Part shown: positions 35,638 through 48,546 of the stretch, in pieces | How positions within the stretch are numbered: the first letter of the stretch is position 1 | Layout: each line of letters begins with the position of its first letter | Source of the DNA: Rhodosorus marinus CCMP1338 | Lineage: Eukaryota; Plantae; Rhodophyta | Direction of reading: 5' to 3' | Assembly: GCA_029953675.1 (NCBI GenBank) | Contig: JAMWBK010000006.1 | Location: 1,426,001-1,490,000 of the forward strand | Length of the DNA: 64,000 nt | Made by a program: the position numbers and the translations under genes | The notes under the pieces: model-generated | Databases searched by the model: none | Told to the model about the DNA's origin: nothing | What the model saw: only the letters and a program-made list of their open reading frames with translations

Positions 35638-36848
35638 TTAATATCGAGGTCTACGTTTGCCCCTTTTAGAGCTAAAGCCGCCGTCAATCTCACGACCTTT
35701 GAACTTTTCTCCTTCCTCGTTTCTCTTCACGACTCTATTGAAACATTTTGAAAGATTAGGGTAAGAACCTTGACGAAGTCGCACCGTCTCGACATTGGGG
35801 AAGACGGGGATGTACACGAACTTTGAGGAGCGAAAGTCTCGTTGACCTCTTGGAAGTATATCTACGTCTTGGTCTGTAACCGGTTCCGGCTCAGCCTTCT
35901 TCTTCCTCTTCCCTTTCTTCGGCTTTGTTCTTTCCGCGAGATCAATCGACTGCTTCGAGTTGATCCATCCACCGTTTACAACAATCTTGTCCTTCCTTGC
36001 ATTAACAGCAAATTTCGAGTCCTTGACGACGCTTCCTGACTCACCGAGCAAGGAGTTGACCGCAATGAGTTCCACGAAACTGGAAGTAAGTGCTAATTAG
36101 AGCAATTTCAAACCATTCACTTCGACCTTCCCGGCTCGGATGAGGTATTCACAAGTATCCGAGGCCGCAATTTTGAACACTTTCAGAGCGTTCAAAAGCT
36201 TCTGATTCTCTGGCAGAATGGGTTCGCTGGCTACGTATCCACAGGGAGCAGGAAAAGTAAGATTTTCAAATGGAACATTCTAGAGAACCTCGAACAAACA
36301 TGGGAACCGCGAACGAATTCGTCTTCCACGCTGAATGAGGTTCCTGCCAAGTTGGTCTAAAGTAAGGTCTCACCAGGATCGGCTTTCTCATGTGTTTTTT
36401 TTCTCCTAATCGATACAGGCTTCAAAGGAAGTCCACTGCAGAAATAAAAAGAGAATTGTGCGTCGATCGTTAGATAGAGCTTTGACCTGACACTGCGAAG
36501 ACAAACCAGCAATGCTTCTCCTCACTCTTCAACCACATCTCGTCCCTCACTGTCCATTCCAAACTCGTCAACACTGACATTTTCGTAAACAATCTCATCC
36601 GCATCATCACCCGTATCCGCTTCTTCCCAGTCCTCCTCAACATCCCGAAACCTATCGCCCGCCCGGTAGTCGTCCAAGTCCATACTGAACTCCTTCCCTT
36701 CAACAGGTCCATTTTCGTCCAACTGCGGTTCCTTCTTACCCATACGAACCCTCACAAACCTCTCTCCTCTCCGACCACAAACGTTCCCTCCCGTAACCCT
36801 AGGCATGCCAACCACATTCCCACTGAAGCAAAACCCTAGTCCCGTCAT
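35638..36848 (-). CDS. Plastid-targeted S4 RNA-binding domain protein
   Basis: Transit peptide; spliced QKLLNALKVFKIAASDTCEYLIRAGKVEVN|GSVVKDSKFAVNARKDKIVVNGGWI resembles the S4 domain of RluB/RsuA. Confidence 0.65.
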
Positions 36849-36986
36849 CCTATCTCAACAAGGAAAACTAATACCAAACAAAAAGATAAAAATCCCCAGT
36901 CTTCTTACGAACACATCATAGACAGACTTAACAAAAAAACTGTTTTCTACTCAGGCATTCTCGTTTTTCGTTTGTCAAATCCCAGA

Positions 36987-37777
36987 TCACAAAAGAGGTT
37001 TCAATGCCTCGGTCTCGCTTGTCCCCGTCCCTCCCGCGACCGCCTTCGTCGGCTTCTCACCAAAGCTGGAATTTTTCAGAATGTCATTACGAGAGATTTT
37101 GATATTCTTCGCGGGACACCCGTTTTGGTTGATGACCCGTTGAGGACTGTGGGTTAGGCTCTGACAGTCTCATATAAACATTCGTCCGGTAGCTTAGGCT
37201 TGCGGGGCGTCTCAAGCCTGGACTGTCCTCGTCTATATCACCTCGTCATGTCGGTCGAACTGGGAAATGACGACGGCGGAAAATAGTTCGAGGGTACGGT
37301 GGGGAAGGGACGGGGCGGGGTTGGCATTGGATGACCTTGGCTGTATTGCAGAGCCTTCCCGTTGGTATTTCATTTCTGTAGGATTCTGATGTCTGCTCTT
37401 TCCCATATGTATCTCCCCGTCCACCTCACCTTATCCTGCCTATAGAGTTTGAAAAGCCGCAGGTGGTCGCACGGGGAAGGTTAACACCCATTGCGCGCAG
37501 TGGGAAAGGGCGTGACTGTCTTACAGAACCTTCCGAAAGCAATTTAATTACCGTGCAGAGGTACTGAAGCGTGCATCGTCCTCGATAGCTCCCAAGTCCC
37601 CAACCCACTGTCCACCCCGAAAAAAGAGAAACTTACAAAAAAACCGAACTGCTTGAGGTCGGGTTGAAAGTATTCACGAGCAAAAGGTGGGGATAGAAAC
37701 TTCCTCAAGGGTCTTGAGCACCGAGATTCAGCTTTCCAGATGTCCTCATGTCTCCGCACTACCGTCCCGACCATCAC
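36987..37777 (-). CDS. Hypothetical ~175-aa protein, 4 exons
   Basis: Exons join in phase (GTAAGT, GTGAGG and GTGATA donors; CTAAC-CCACAG acceptor): MVGTVVRRH..QFGFF|YLCTVIK..GRIS|QGHPMPTPP..MTS|PQRVINQNG..LL*. Confidence 0.45.
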
Positions 37778-38215
37778 TCCGTTGTCGTCGAAAACCGATA
37801 TACGACGTCCTTATTTATTCAAAAAAGGATTAAAAGATGATTAATCATGACCAAATACTCGAAATGAATGACAAAATACAAAATTAAAACTCTTAATGTA
37901 GAATATATAGTCTAGATATAGGTACCAACGTAAGCACCGTGGGGAAATCCTTGCAGAATGAAAGAGACTTGTTGGGAAGGTGAGTGGCCTGGGGCAGGTT
38001 GTGTTCAGAGGCTAGTTCCGGGTGACGAGCTGAAGTTCTAGATTGAGGAGCTAGACTTGGAAGTGGAAAGGTTGAGGATAAGGTTGCTTTTAAGTTGGTG
38101 TAAGTGGGCCAAAGTGGCACAGGAAACTGTGAGTGACGGGTGGGTTGTTTTTTTTTTTTTGTTTTGGGGGGAAGGAGACGAATCGATTGAACTTTGTTAG
38201 AGGGCGAGTGTCAGA

Positions 38216-39017
38216 ATGACGACAGCACACCGACCGACATGGAACCCGGCGAGAGGGGGAGAATCCCAAGGTGGATTTCGGGTGATTGCTCCGTCGGCAA
38301 AGTACTCTTCTCGGGATATGCCTGCTCAATTGAAGATGAAGATACGTCAAGTTGGGCAGTCGGCACCGAACGAGGTTCAGAGACGGGATTTGAAGAGGGA
38401 GCTGCAAGCTAGAGAGGCGGAGCACTTCAGGAAGACTAATAGACTTCTTGATGAGAACGAGGAAGAGGCCTTAACTGAGAGCCTACAGCGTTCAAACGCA
38501 GCATTGGAATACCAACGTATTGACGCCGATGTGGACTTGAACGACGACATTTTTGATTCGGATAAGGAAAAGGATGGAAACGACCATGGAGAGAACGAAG
38601 AGTCTGAATCCGAGGATGACGATAGTGATGATGACAACGAGGAACTCATGCGTGAGTTGGAGCGGATCAAGAAAGAGAGGGAAGAGGAGAGGTTGAAAAA
38701 AGAGGAAGAGGTATCAAGTTTTTTTATCACCGCCACCCACTATCATGCAAGTAACTAACGAACCGGCTCATTATTCCAATCAGGAACGAGAGTTTCAAGA
38801 GCGCGAACGAGCTCAGGCTGCGATGACCGGTAACCCGCTGCTTGCTTCAGCCGAATCTGAAAGCTCCGCGCCAGAGTTCCGGGTGAAGAGGCGATGGGAT
38901 GAGGATGTAGTCTTCCGAAATCAATCCCGGGGAAGCAAAGAAGTCAAGCCGCGTTTTATTAATGACACAATTCGAAACGACTTCCACCGCAGATTTCTTG
39001 AGAAGTACATCCGATAG
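38216..39017 (+). CDS. CWC15: Spliceosome NTC-related protein CWC15
   Basis: MTTAHRPTWNPARGG; YSSRDMPAQLKMKIRQ; GNPLL; VKRRWDEDVVFRNQ; FINDTIRNDFHRRFLEKYIR. One intron. Confidence 0.97.
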
Positions 39018-40192
39018 AAAACCTTATGAGAATCGTTTCAATGGGTTACGAAACCGCCCTTTGTATATCGGTTTCCAGCCTGCGAACGGCCTGAACAATT
39101 GCCCGGTTGACGAAGATCTTTGTGATACTCTGCCCTCCGACCATTGTCCGATTGTTTTCTACCGCAACCCGACCTTTTGAGAGTGTTCGTGTTATGGATT
39201 GGGTCGAATGCGCAGTCTTGTGTGACAACTAGGACTGGATATCTTTTAATAAATAGGAACAGGAGGAGTCATTCAAATGCTCCCAAGACACATACGGGAC
39301 TTCGTGTCCGACAAGCTTCACCCTCGGAGCATGTTTTGCTAGTATGTTGTCCAGGCTCCTCAAGTCTGATGCTGAGAGCCTGGCTTAAGCTCCGAGGTCA
39401 CCAACATCGATTCCCGTTCCATATGCCCCGCTTGGCCGAGCCCTCCGACAAAGCATCCAAGGAGTACTCTGCGAAGGAGGCCCAACGCGCGTTTCTCTCC
39501 TTAGCACCAAGAGGGAAAGACGGCATTAAGGGGACGACGCTGGGGTTTTAACGATTCTACTATATCCAATCCAACAAACACACTTGCTCAACAGGCTAAT
39601 ACGAAAAGACTGATCTGGTATACTCTACATTGCTTTCCGCACTGCAGAAACCAAAACCGGAACTGAACCAAAAAAAACATTCACGAAGCTTTTTTCCCGC
39701 AACGTAAATTATTCCAAAATTCAATACTCATTCATTACTAACACAAAAATTGGATTTTTGATGCATTTTTCGAGGGATAGGGTTTCTTACCATTTCTGGC
39801 CGATTGAATCCATCGAATTTCAACGGAAAACAATTTCCGATCCATTTCGGGGATCGATAAGGGATCGTTTTCTTGTATTTTTGGAATTTTCTATTGGGAA
39901 TGGAGATGTGGAAGTTTGGATTGGGGGGCAGGGGGACTGGTTGCTGGTGAGAGAGCGCGGGGGGAGAGGGTGGTAGGGTTTGGGGGGAGAGGCAAGCACT
40001 GTGGAACGTATGTGTGGCAGGACGCTTTTGTTTTATGATGTCCTGTTCTTCCTGACCCTCGCTTGTGTATATAGATATATAATATTGTTGTTGTGGTGTG
40101 TTATTTTTCTTCTCGTTTCGGCGGATCCTGGTGGCGACTGAGGTTGTTTTCGAGCTGTTTGGTGTGTGTTTGGTTTTTTTGTTTTGGTAGAG

Positions 40193-42603
40193 ATGGTTGG
40201 TTTCGTTCCTGGATTGGGCCATCTGGGTTCTGGGGGAAATCGGATCGCGGCGAACAGGGTTTGTGATCGAAAACCTGGGAGAGCTTTCGCCCTGCAAAGG
40301 GCCGGGGGTGGTGGCGCCCGAGTGGGCCATTCTGGACGGGAAAGGGACGGTGTCGTTTTGGTCTGGTGGCGCCCGAAGTGCGGTGGAAATATGGAGGCAC
40401 TTCGGCGAGCAAGATTAACAGGATGTGAGGTTCAGTGTGTTGTATTTGGGACTGATGCATCTGGAATCATCCCTCCCACTCCGAAAGTGCATCGGATCAC
40501 AACGACTGAATTCCCTGCTACCGCAATTCTGCGGATCTGTATGACCACGGGTAGGAATGCGCAGAACACAGATCGCCTTCAATAACCAGACTACTGAAGC
40601 CACCGTATGCTGTTTAACAGGCGCATCTGAAGTATTTTGCGCATCGTCCGACGACCTGTTGCTCGCCCGAGAGGAACGGTTAACGAGGGATTTTCTACTA
40701 CGATTTGGGCGACTACTGCACTTAGTGGATACCCTGCAACGCAACCTTCCGGCCCTTGCGTCCGCCTCGACTTTTCCAATGGTTAAGGAGAAACTCGAGG
40801 ATGGAACAATGATCGAGTACGACGATAGCGACGGAAATCTCAAGGCCATAGTGCATGAGGACCACCGAACACTGGAGGAGAAGTTCACGGATTTCATCTA
40901 CGGGGTGAGCAGACCTCTTCAAAGCGGCCCCGTTCCGAAATCGATTCGACGGAACTCAAAGTGAATCTGGGGAGTAACAAACCTTCTCTTCTCTCCGGTA
41001 CGAAAAATTCAGATTTATTTGCCGGACGGATTTCCCGGCTCAGTTACGAGCGACTACTTCAGGTTTACTCAGTGGCGTGTTCTTCAGAACATCGCCTCGT
41101 CAGTCATGGCCGTTATCTCAACGGAAGCGCTTCTCTTCGGTCTTGGACTTGGGAAAACTGGCAGTGCGGTTGCAGCTGCAACCGCTTGGGTCCTGAAGGA
41201 TGGCCTAGGATACATGGGCAAGGTGATGCCCGTTTCACTTGAGAGATCCTCCTGAGCTTCTGGAACCGAGGACGCAGTCGTGGACCTATGTCTCAGAGTG
41301 TGATTTAAATCTTCCGTCCATTGTGTAGGTTTTGTATGGGTACCTGGCTGGGAAGCAGTTTGACAGTGATCCAAAGAGCTGGAGAGTATCATCCGATGCC
41401 GTGGAGGATTTAGGCGGAGTTCTTGAACTTCTCACCCCCCTGTTCCCCGGCAACTTTCTTCTCCTTGCGAGTATCGCAAACGCAATGAAGGGTGTGGCCG
41501 GAATGACAGTGAGTTGTACTCCAACCTCTCCCTTGCCTCCCCTTGTTGGTCTTCTCCAGGCAACAGTAAGTTGCCTCTAATCTGATGGAAAATCCTAATC
41601 TGTCCTCTAGGGAACTGCAACTCGACACGCGATCTACAAGAGCCTTGCTCTGCGGGATAACCAGGGTGACATCGCAACAAAGGGAGAATCACAAGGTGTA
41701 ACTTGCAAAATGGTAAGGCTCCCTTTCTTCTCGGCAGCAAGGAGCTACGCGCACAGTGCTGTTCGCAATCGCATGCTGAGCGCCCCCGTCCTCTTTTTCT
41801 TCTAGATCGGACTTGGCCTGGGAATCGGCGTATCTACGATGATTGGCCAGAAGTATGCAGTCCTTCTTGCTGCCTACTCATCTTTCGCTGTTGTACACCT
41901 TCTTGGGAACTGGCAATCCATGAAATGTGTTCAGTTCTCCACGATCAACCGACAACGAGGCTCGATTGTGATGGACTCGTTCATGGCGAATGAACCGGTG
42001 AGGATATCCCTTTAATCGCACGGATTGAACGAATGTCTTTTGCAGCGTTTCTGAGAATGAGCCCCGGCCGTCCTTGTTTTTGTTGTTTTAAGATACCAAC
42101 TCCGTATGATGTGAGTCACATGGAAAAAATAGTTTTCCCGCCGTGGAGAAAGTTCAACCACCACGTCGTTCTCGGTGCAAGTATTTCTCAGGCAACGCCA
42201 ACGACCAAGATCCTGAACCAGGCAACGGATGCATTTGCAAAGTCACCGTAGGTTGAACCGCTCCCTGAGATTGTTTGAGTCCCATGTTTCATCCTGCGGC
42301 GTGTACTGAAAGAATTGCCCTCACTTTTTTTCTTTTTTTTTTGCTTCATGCGACAGTTATCTTGCAACATCCAGGAACGGAAGGATGTATGTTGTTTTCC
42401 GTGACGGTGCTACGGCCGAGGATGTTCTGTCGGCCTATTTAATGTCCCACAGGTACGCTCGAAACGGACTTGACCTAAACGAAGCCAGCAACTACGCGAA
42501 GAAGAACACGAGAAGATTCATCACCACGATCAGAAAAGCGGGTTGGAAGACGGAGTCTAGCGTTTTCCTGTTGAACGTCTTGAAGAATAGATCTGTTTGG
42601 TAG
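40193..42603 (+). CDS. Root UVB sensitive (RUS, DUF647) family protein, plastid-targeted
   Basis: MVGFVPG transit peptide; PDGFPGSVTSDYF..QWR; WVLKDGLG; FDSDPKSWR; GDIATKGESQ; STINRQR. Confidence 0.92.
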
Positions 42604-43164
42604 AGCACTAGGAGAGGGGTGAATTTACCAACAGTTGTGGACAGGGTTTCGAGGCGAACGCCGAGGTAACTACTAACTTATCACGCTCGACAAGGTGTTA
42701 CACGATCATTCAAGGCGCCGGTCGGTACTACAGCCGTTGATGTATGAGTTAAAACAGTTGGTTTCGTTTAGCGAGGATTTCAATAGTACATGTTCGGAAA
42801 AGAAAGCGTTATAAAGGAACAGTCAAAGGACAGGCCGGAGAAACGGACCGTGGTTGCACGGATAACAAATAAAGAAAAGGGTTGTAACATCGTTCGATCA
42901 AAGGACAAGGGAAAACAGTCCAGCGGGCTGCGCAGTCGGAACGAGGCGGATCATCCTAGCCAGATGCAAACAGGAGCTCTCATGCTCAAGCGACCCAAGA
43001 CTGGTTGCGAAGCACATCTTCGAGTCGGGCGACAAGCTTCTGTGACACTGAGGTCCTCCTAGGATACGGACGACCGCTTCGCTGTGGCGCAAAGTCATGC
43101 TTTGACGGTCCGACGAATCCACGTCGCACATGTGTCGCATGTATGTATCACGTCCGAATCGCAT

Positions 43165-44039
43165 TCAAGACGCATTCACCGCACTGGATGGCATCATCGT
43201 AGCGTTCGGTGGACTATTTAGGAACATACTCGGACTCGGATGATCGAAGTGCGCGATCGCAACAGAATCGTAGTCGAACGAGCGCGTGAAAGGAGAGTTG
43301 AGCAACATCGCGATATCGTGAGAATTTGACAGCGTTCCAAAGCTTTCCATATGCATGTCTTGGTCCTGTTGGACTCCGTTCGTGCTGCCCGGAATTGGGA
43401 TGCTGTTCGTGAAGTTCTCTTGCATCTGCCAAGGCTTCTCCTGATGAACCTAGTGTATGTCAAGAAACACGCGATGGTTTAAAACCCTGAACATTCTTGC
43501 ACCAAAAACTACTGTTGTACGAGCCGAGATCATGCTGACTTCTCAACAAGCTTCGGCTCCAGCAATTATTAGTACTTGACAGTATCACATACCTCTGTCT
43601 GTGGGTGTACAGGAGGGAGCTCGCTTGTTGTTGCCATTTCCAACTCATAGTCACCGCTTGCACTCTTACGAGTTACCCCCTTGTCCTGACCGATGTACTC
43701 CTCACATTCTGGATGCTTTGCCAGGTACGAAGCTAGGTTCTTTCTAAGCGGGGCAGCATTGCCAGTCACTTTCCTCAGCTCCGACTTATGCCAGATCGGA
43801 ACATGCTCATTCCTAAATATAATAGTTGCGCCAGTCTTCGGATCAATCCCACTGGTCGCCGTTCCTAACATCTTGTCCTGGCCATCATAGACCTCACACT
43901 CTGGATGTCTCTCCAGGTACCTCTCCAAATTCCTCCTCAGCGGAGCTGCGTTGCCGGCTATCTTCCTACACTCCAGCCTATTCCAAATCGTCACATGCCT
44001 AACTGACTCGGCAGGAGACAGATCCCCATACACAGTCAT
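43165..44039 (-). CDS. Protein with two BRK-like domains and a low-complexity tail
   Basis: RHVTIWNRLECRKIAGNAAPLRRNLERYLERHPECEVY and EHVPIWHKSELRKVTGNAAPLRKNLASYLAKHPECEEY. GTATGT..TAG intron joins to the 43165-43425 frame. Confidence 0.75.
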
Positions 44040-45242
44040 CCTAGATTCAAAAACGAACCACTCCTACAGAACGCCTCCCTACTTAATACCCTCTGTCCGG
44101 AAACCCTCCAGACTCCCTAAACGATCCAAAATAACTTAGCTAGTAACAGTAACCGTAGCCAGAACCCCTGTCCTCCAAGAATTTCCTCATCCTCATCACC
44201 ACCCAGCCCTGTTCAGTACTCTATTCGCAATCTTTATATATATCCATTTCCTTGTCCTCGGCACTTAATCTCCGTCTTTGTCAAAGCAAAAGAAAATTTC
44301 CGTCAGAATGACCCTGTCTTGTACACCAGCTCAATGGCTGAAGCCATTCGACACCACCCACCCACCCCCCTCCACGGATCCATTTCCTCCGCTCTTAGTG
44401 ACTTGCCGCATTCTCATTGGGATCATTCTCTCCCCCTAGTGAATGTTACATAATTGCATGTTGTTCTTCAAAATCGAATTTAGGGGTTATACTATTCACA
44501 TACAATTGTACCAAAAATGCTATAAAAGTAAACCAAACCACAATTTCGACAATTTCCGATTACTAGTTGACAAACAAAAGCCTTCAGTGGAGGGGTAGAG
44601 AGCCCGCCTAGACTATCGTTGACGCGGAGGTGGTCAATAAGGGGGGGGGGTTGTTCACGCAGGACCCGGAAGATTAGACGAGTTTTTATTTTTGGTTTGG
44701 TCTAAACTAAATATATTTTTGGAGAGTGACAGTAGGGGGGTATATTAAGCTTGTCATTTTTCGTGTTTTTCATGATTGGATTTATTGTTTGAGGCATGGC
44801 GGGATTTGGCTTAAGATTCGAAGTCTGGAGTGCGACTTGCATAGGGGGGGTACGATGGTATTTGATCTCAAACACGCAAGTGGAGAGCTAGGATATTCTT
44901 TGAATACGTGAATTTTTGTGGGCGTCTTCATTATTTGATCGAGATATTTAGCACCAATGTCCTACACAAAAGATGAATTGTTTTAAAAACAAAGGGTAGA
45001 GTCGAGGAGGTAGCGAGGGGGGGAGGGGGGGTGGGGTCTAGCTCTGGAAAGATGGAATGTTTATGGCCGTTGTCTGATGAATTTCGGAAATAATTTCAGA
45101 CTATCAACAAGGAGGTGACACGGGTGTCGTTTTCCTAGAAATTGTTCCTCCTGACTTCAGCTCTGTCAATTTCTCCCCCTATTCGTTCCCAACAAAGTCA
45201 AGAAGGAAAAAAAAGAAAAAAGGAGGAAGACTTACGTGATGG

Positions 45243-45531
45243 CCAATCAAGGTTTTGCAAGAAAAATATACTTTGAGGCGGTAAAAAACAAAACAAAAGT
45301 GGAACAAGATTATCCAATCACCATCTCCCAGCATCTGAAATTCTCAACTTGATTGGGCTTCAGTTGGGGATATATCCAATCCGGACTGACAGAACGGACC
45401 CTTCCCTCATTGGACAATGTGGGCATCTGGTATCCAATGAAAATAGGTAACTGCTTCGTGTCCAATCAATACTGGGTGTATATGGACCAGCAAAACCAAT
45501 TATGCAACTACAAACAGCTTTACAACCCAAT
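45243..45531. promoter_or_regulatory. Dense cluster of 9 CCAAT boxes
   Basis: CCAAT/ATTGG at 45243, 45314, 45352, 45376, 45409, 45434, 45462, 45496, 45527. Confidence 0.7.
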
Positions 45532-46227
45532 GATCTACGGCCACTAGAATAGGGGAAAAAAAAATTGAAATCGAAAATGATTGATACAATCATTATCATC
45601 TAAGTCTCATTCCACTTTGTGATAACTACAACGTCAATCCTCTCGCGTATACGCTATACCAGAGCTCTTTGTACGATCAACTGAGTCTTAATAATCTTCA
45701 AAAAACCTAATACGGTTTTAGTACACTATTCATACGATGAGTTGCCCAAAGTTAGCAAAACATTCCCCGTTCCCTCCCCCCTTACGTTTTGGAAGAAATT
45801 CTTGTCGTAGGCGAAATAGTTATTAGTGGTCTATAAAATGATGTTCAACTAGCAACAGGCATAGAGGGGTAGCATAACAATCAGCCCCGACAAAGAAATT
45901 CCGTTAGTTGGTAGGCGGCTTTGATATGGGTCGTTTTTATTTATGAAAATCTATTCTAGATATGCAAGGGTGAAAACGTATCGAAAAGGGTATTTTCTGC
46001 CGTTTCTACGGCATTCCGATCAAAAACAACGGCTGAAATCAGATGGGACTGTTTGCTGGGTTTTGAGTCTGTCGAAGTGCCGAAGCAGTTGGGACTATTG
46101 GTGTGTTTGCTGTATTTTTGTCAATTGGAGAAGGTATAGGGAGGTGGGGGAAAAGGATATAAACTTGAGAATCTTTCGGGATTTTGAAAGAGAGGCGGAG
46201 TGGGAAGGAAGCGTTTGGATCGGTAAG

Positions 46228-46856
46228 ATGTCTGGAAAATCTGCGCAGACGATTCAGCAGCTTCTGGAGGCCGAGAAGGCGGCTGCTGAAGTAGTGGAGC
46301 AGGCTAGAAAAGGTGAGGCTTGATGGGTTTTTCTTCGGTTTGGGTGAAGTGGGTTGGTGGTGTGCTAGTTGGACACTGACGTGAGGCAATTGTCTTTTTG
46401 TGGTTTTTGATTGGTGATCGCAGAACGAGATGAGAGGTTGAAGAAGGCATCCTTGGAAGCGGAGGCAGAGATCGCCGCCTACAGGGAGATGCTCGAGAAG
46501 GAATACCAAGAAAAGCTTGCCAAGGTAGGGCGAATAAGAAGCTTTTGTTTTAGTCAGCGTTGACGCTTTCCGCAGAGTACTTGCTCTTCTAAAAACGTAC
46601 GAACGCGTCAAAATTGTTGTGACCTCAGTTCAAGGCATCTGAAGGAGACGTGTCAAAGATGGTAAAGGAGCGAGAAGACAAAGAGATTGCAGCTGTCAAG
46701 GCGGCCGCGAGCAAGGAAAAGGATGCGGTAAGAGAGAATTTCACGATAAGCCGACTGGCGCCGTCTACGTGCTCACTTTCTTTTTTTTTATCGGCAAATG
46801 TGTAGATATCTGCCCAGCTTGTGGAATGGGTTTGCGGGATAGATACGGGCGTGTGA
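46228..46856 (+). CDS. VHA-G: V-type H+-ATPase subunit G, 4 exons
   Basis: MSGKSAQTIQQLLEAEKAAAEVVEQARK|ERDERLKKASLEAEAEIAAYR..; ends ISAQLVEWVCGIDTGV*. Confidence 0.95.
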
Positions 46857-46987
46857 AGGACTCATTGATTTCAGATCGAATTGAACAAAAGGAATTAAAA
46901 AGTTGAATGCAAAAGGAGTCGTCTCCCAAGGGATCTGCTATGCGAATCATTATCCAACAAACTGGCATATGCGTGGTTCGGTCACCA

Positions 46988-48061
46988 TTAGCCCCCTCGC
47001 AGTTCGTCTACAAAAATGTCGGTGATGAACATGTGACCTGGTGAATGAGTGATGGCCAAGGGAAGGCTCTTGCAAGAAGTCGAAGCCTCCAAAAGCGTGA
47101 CGCCGCAGGGCCAGAAGACCGGAACCTAGTGCCAAGATAGTGTGAATTCAGTGCTTATCCATATTGAAGTCCACGTACTTTACGCCTTGTGTACCTCCCC
47201 GTCGTGGATGGTGACCCTATCCCCATAGTCAGGCTTTTCCAGGTCGTCAATACCTATGGCTGAGGGATTTCCGGAGTGAACTGGACCGCCATGTGCGCCT
47301 GGATATTCACTCGTAGTATCGATGCAATACTTGAGATTCTCCGGCTTGCAGGGCCTCATAGTTACGACAAGGTTTCCCCCAAACTCTCCTATATGCTCCT
47401 GTTCCGGTCCAAAGCGCCAAGTCAGTGCTCCACAATCAAGCTTCTCACGTTGACTTAGAAGCCTCTACATGGGAGGTGAGAGCATACGTTTGGGATATTT
47501 GTGTTGAACATTGGGACATTCTTCGCCTCCTCTATATGGCGTACTCCGACCTTTTCATGAAGCATATGCTCCCAGGTGAACGAGCAGCCGACGAGGAAGA
47601 ATATGAGGTTGTTCTCCACGAATCTAGAAGCATCTTTCGTCTCCTCCACGAAGGTGCCGTGCCGAAAGACTCTGTACAGCGGGAGGTCCGTGCTGAGGTC
47701 AGCCCCTGCCGCAATTGATGGAGATTCTCGCCCGGAGACAATGTCCAGCAAGGGGCAAGCTCTGCTGTTCGTCAACGCAAACCGCAAAAAGTCAAACGCA
47801 TAGTCCTTCGGAATCCCAATAAGGTTCGCCTGGACAAACTCCGGCTCCTTGAAGAGCCGAACACAAAAGAACCGTTCAATGAGCAATCTGGGAGCAGACG
47901 GGGCCAGAACGTCATTATTTTACCTGCGCGCATGTTGGAGAATCAAACTCTCCTTTCCTGCAGCGCTCTCGAAACCTCCTCGCACGCTCTCTTCCGCAAC
48001 GACTTTTGTCCATAGAAAACGCTCTGGGCAGTCCAGAATGAAGCCATCCTACCTCGAGCAT
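46988..48061 (-). CDS. DUF1445/UPF0317 putative hydro-lyase (D-glutamate cyclase-like)
   Basis: [23 protein letters not shown]; [12 protein letters not shown]; GCSFTWE; NVPMFNTN; LVVTMRP; AHGGPVH; [10 protein letters not shown]; [12 protein letters not shown]. Confidence 0.92.
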
Positions 48062-48546
48062 AGGATACTCTGGAGGCATAGTTTCAGAGTCGAGTGCGCA
48101 ATTTTCTGTTGCTATAAAGTAGACACCCGTTTACTTGTTTATTTTTGTCGAGGACTCCCTCCGACCACCTCACGTTGCGAAGGATTCCCCGCTCTTATGG
48201 AAGGGAAGCGCTTTCCCATGGAGCGGATTGAGCGGTCTTTTGGCATGGAAATGCTCGAAGCCTTGAAGAAAGCATTTTATTCATTAAATTATGAGTCAGG
48301 ATAATTATAATAGTTCAAAACAGACTTGATTATCACAATGAGACAGCCAGGAACGAATAGCTGGCTAGCGTCTCCTCCGGTTTTGTCCGTGATCGCTTCA
48401 GCAACTTTGCATCGTCGTCGAAAGCGGACGCGTTCCGAATGATCACACGTGCCTGATATCCATCGCGTCTGAACAGAAGCGTGAGTTCTAACGCCACGTA
48501 GAGTCTCGCAAGCGTCGCTATGAACATGCGCGGACGGGGTTGGCCC

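Noticed and set aside
44100-46200. tRNA/snRNA/snoRNA in the long intergenic regions
   Set aside because: No cloverleaf, T-loop or convincing C/D box pair seen by eye; an Infernal/tRNAscan run would be needed to exclude them.
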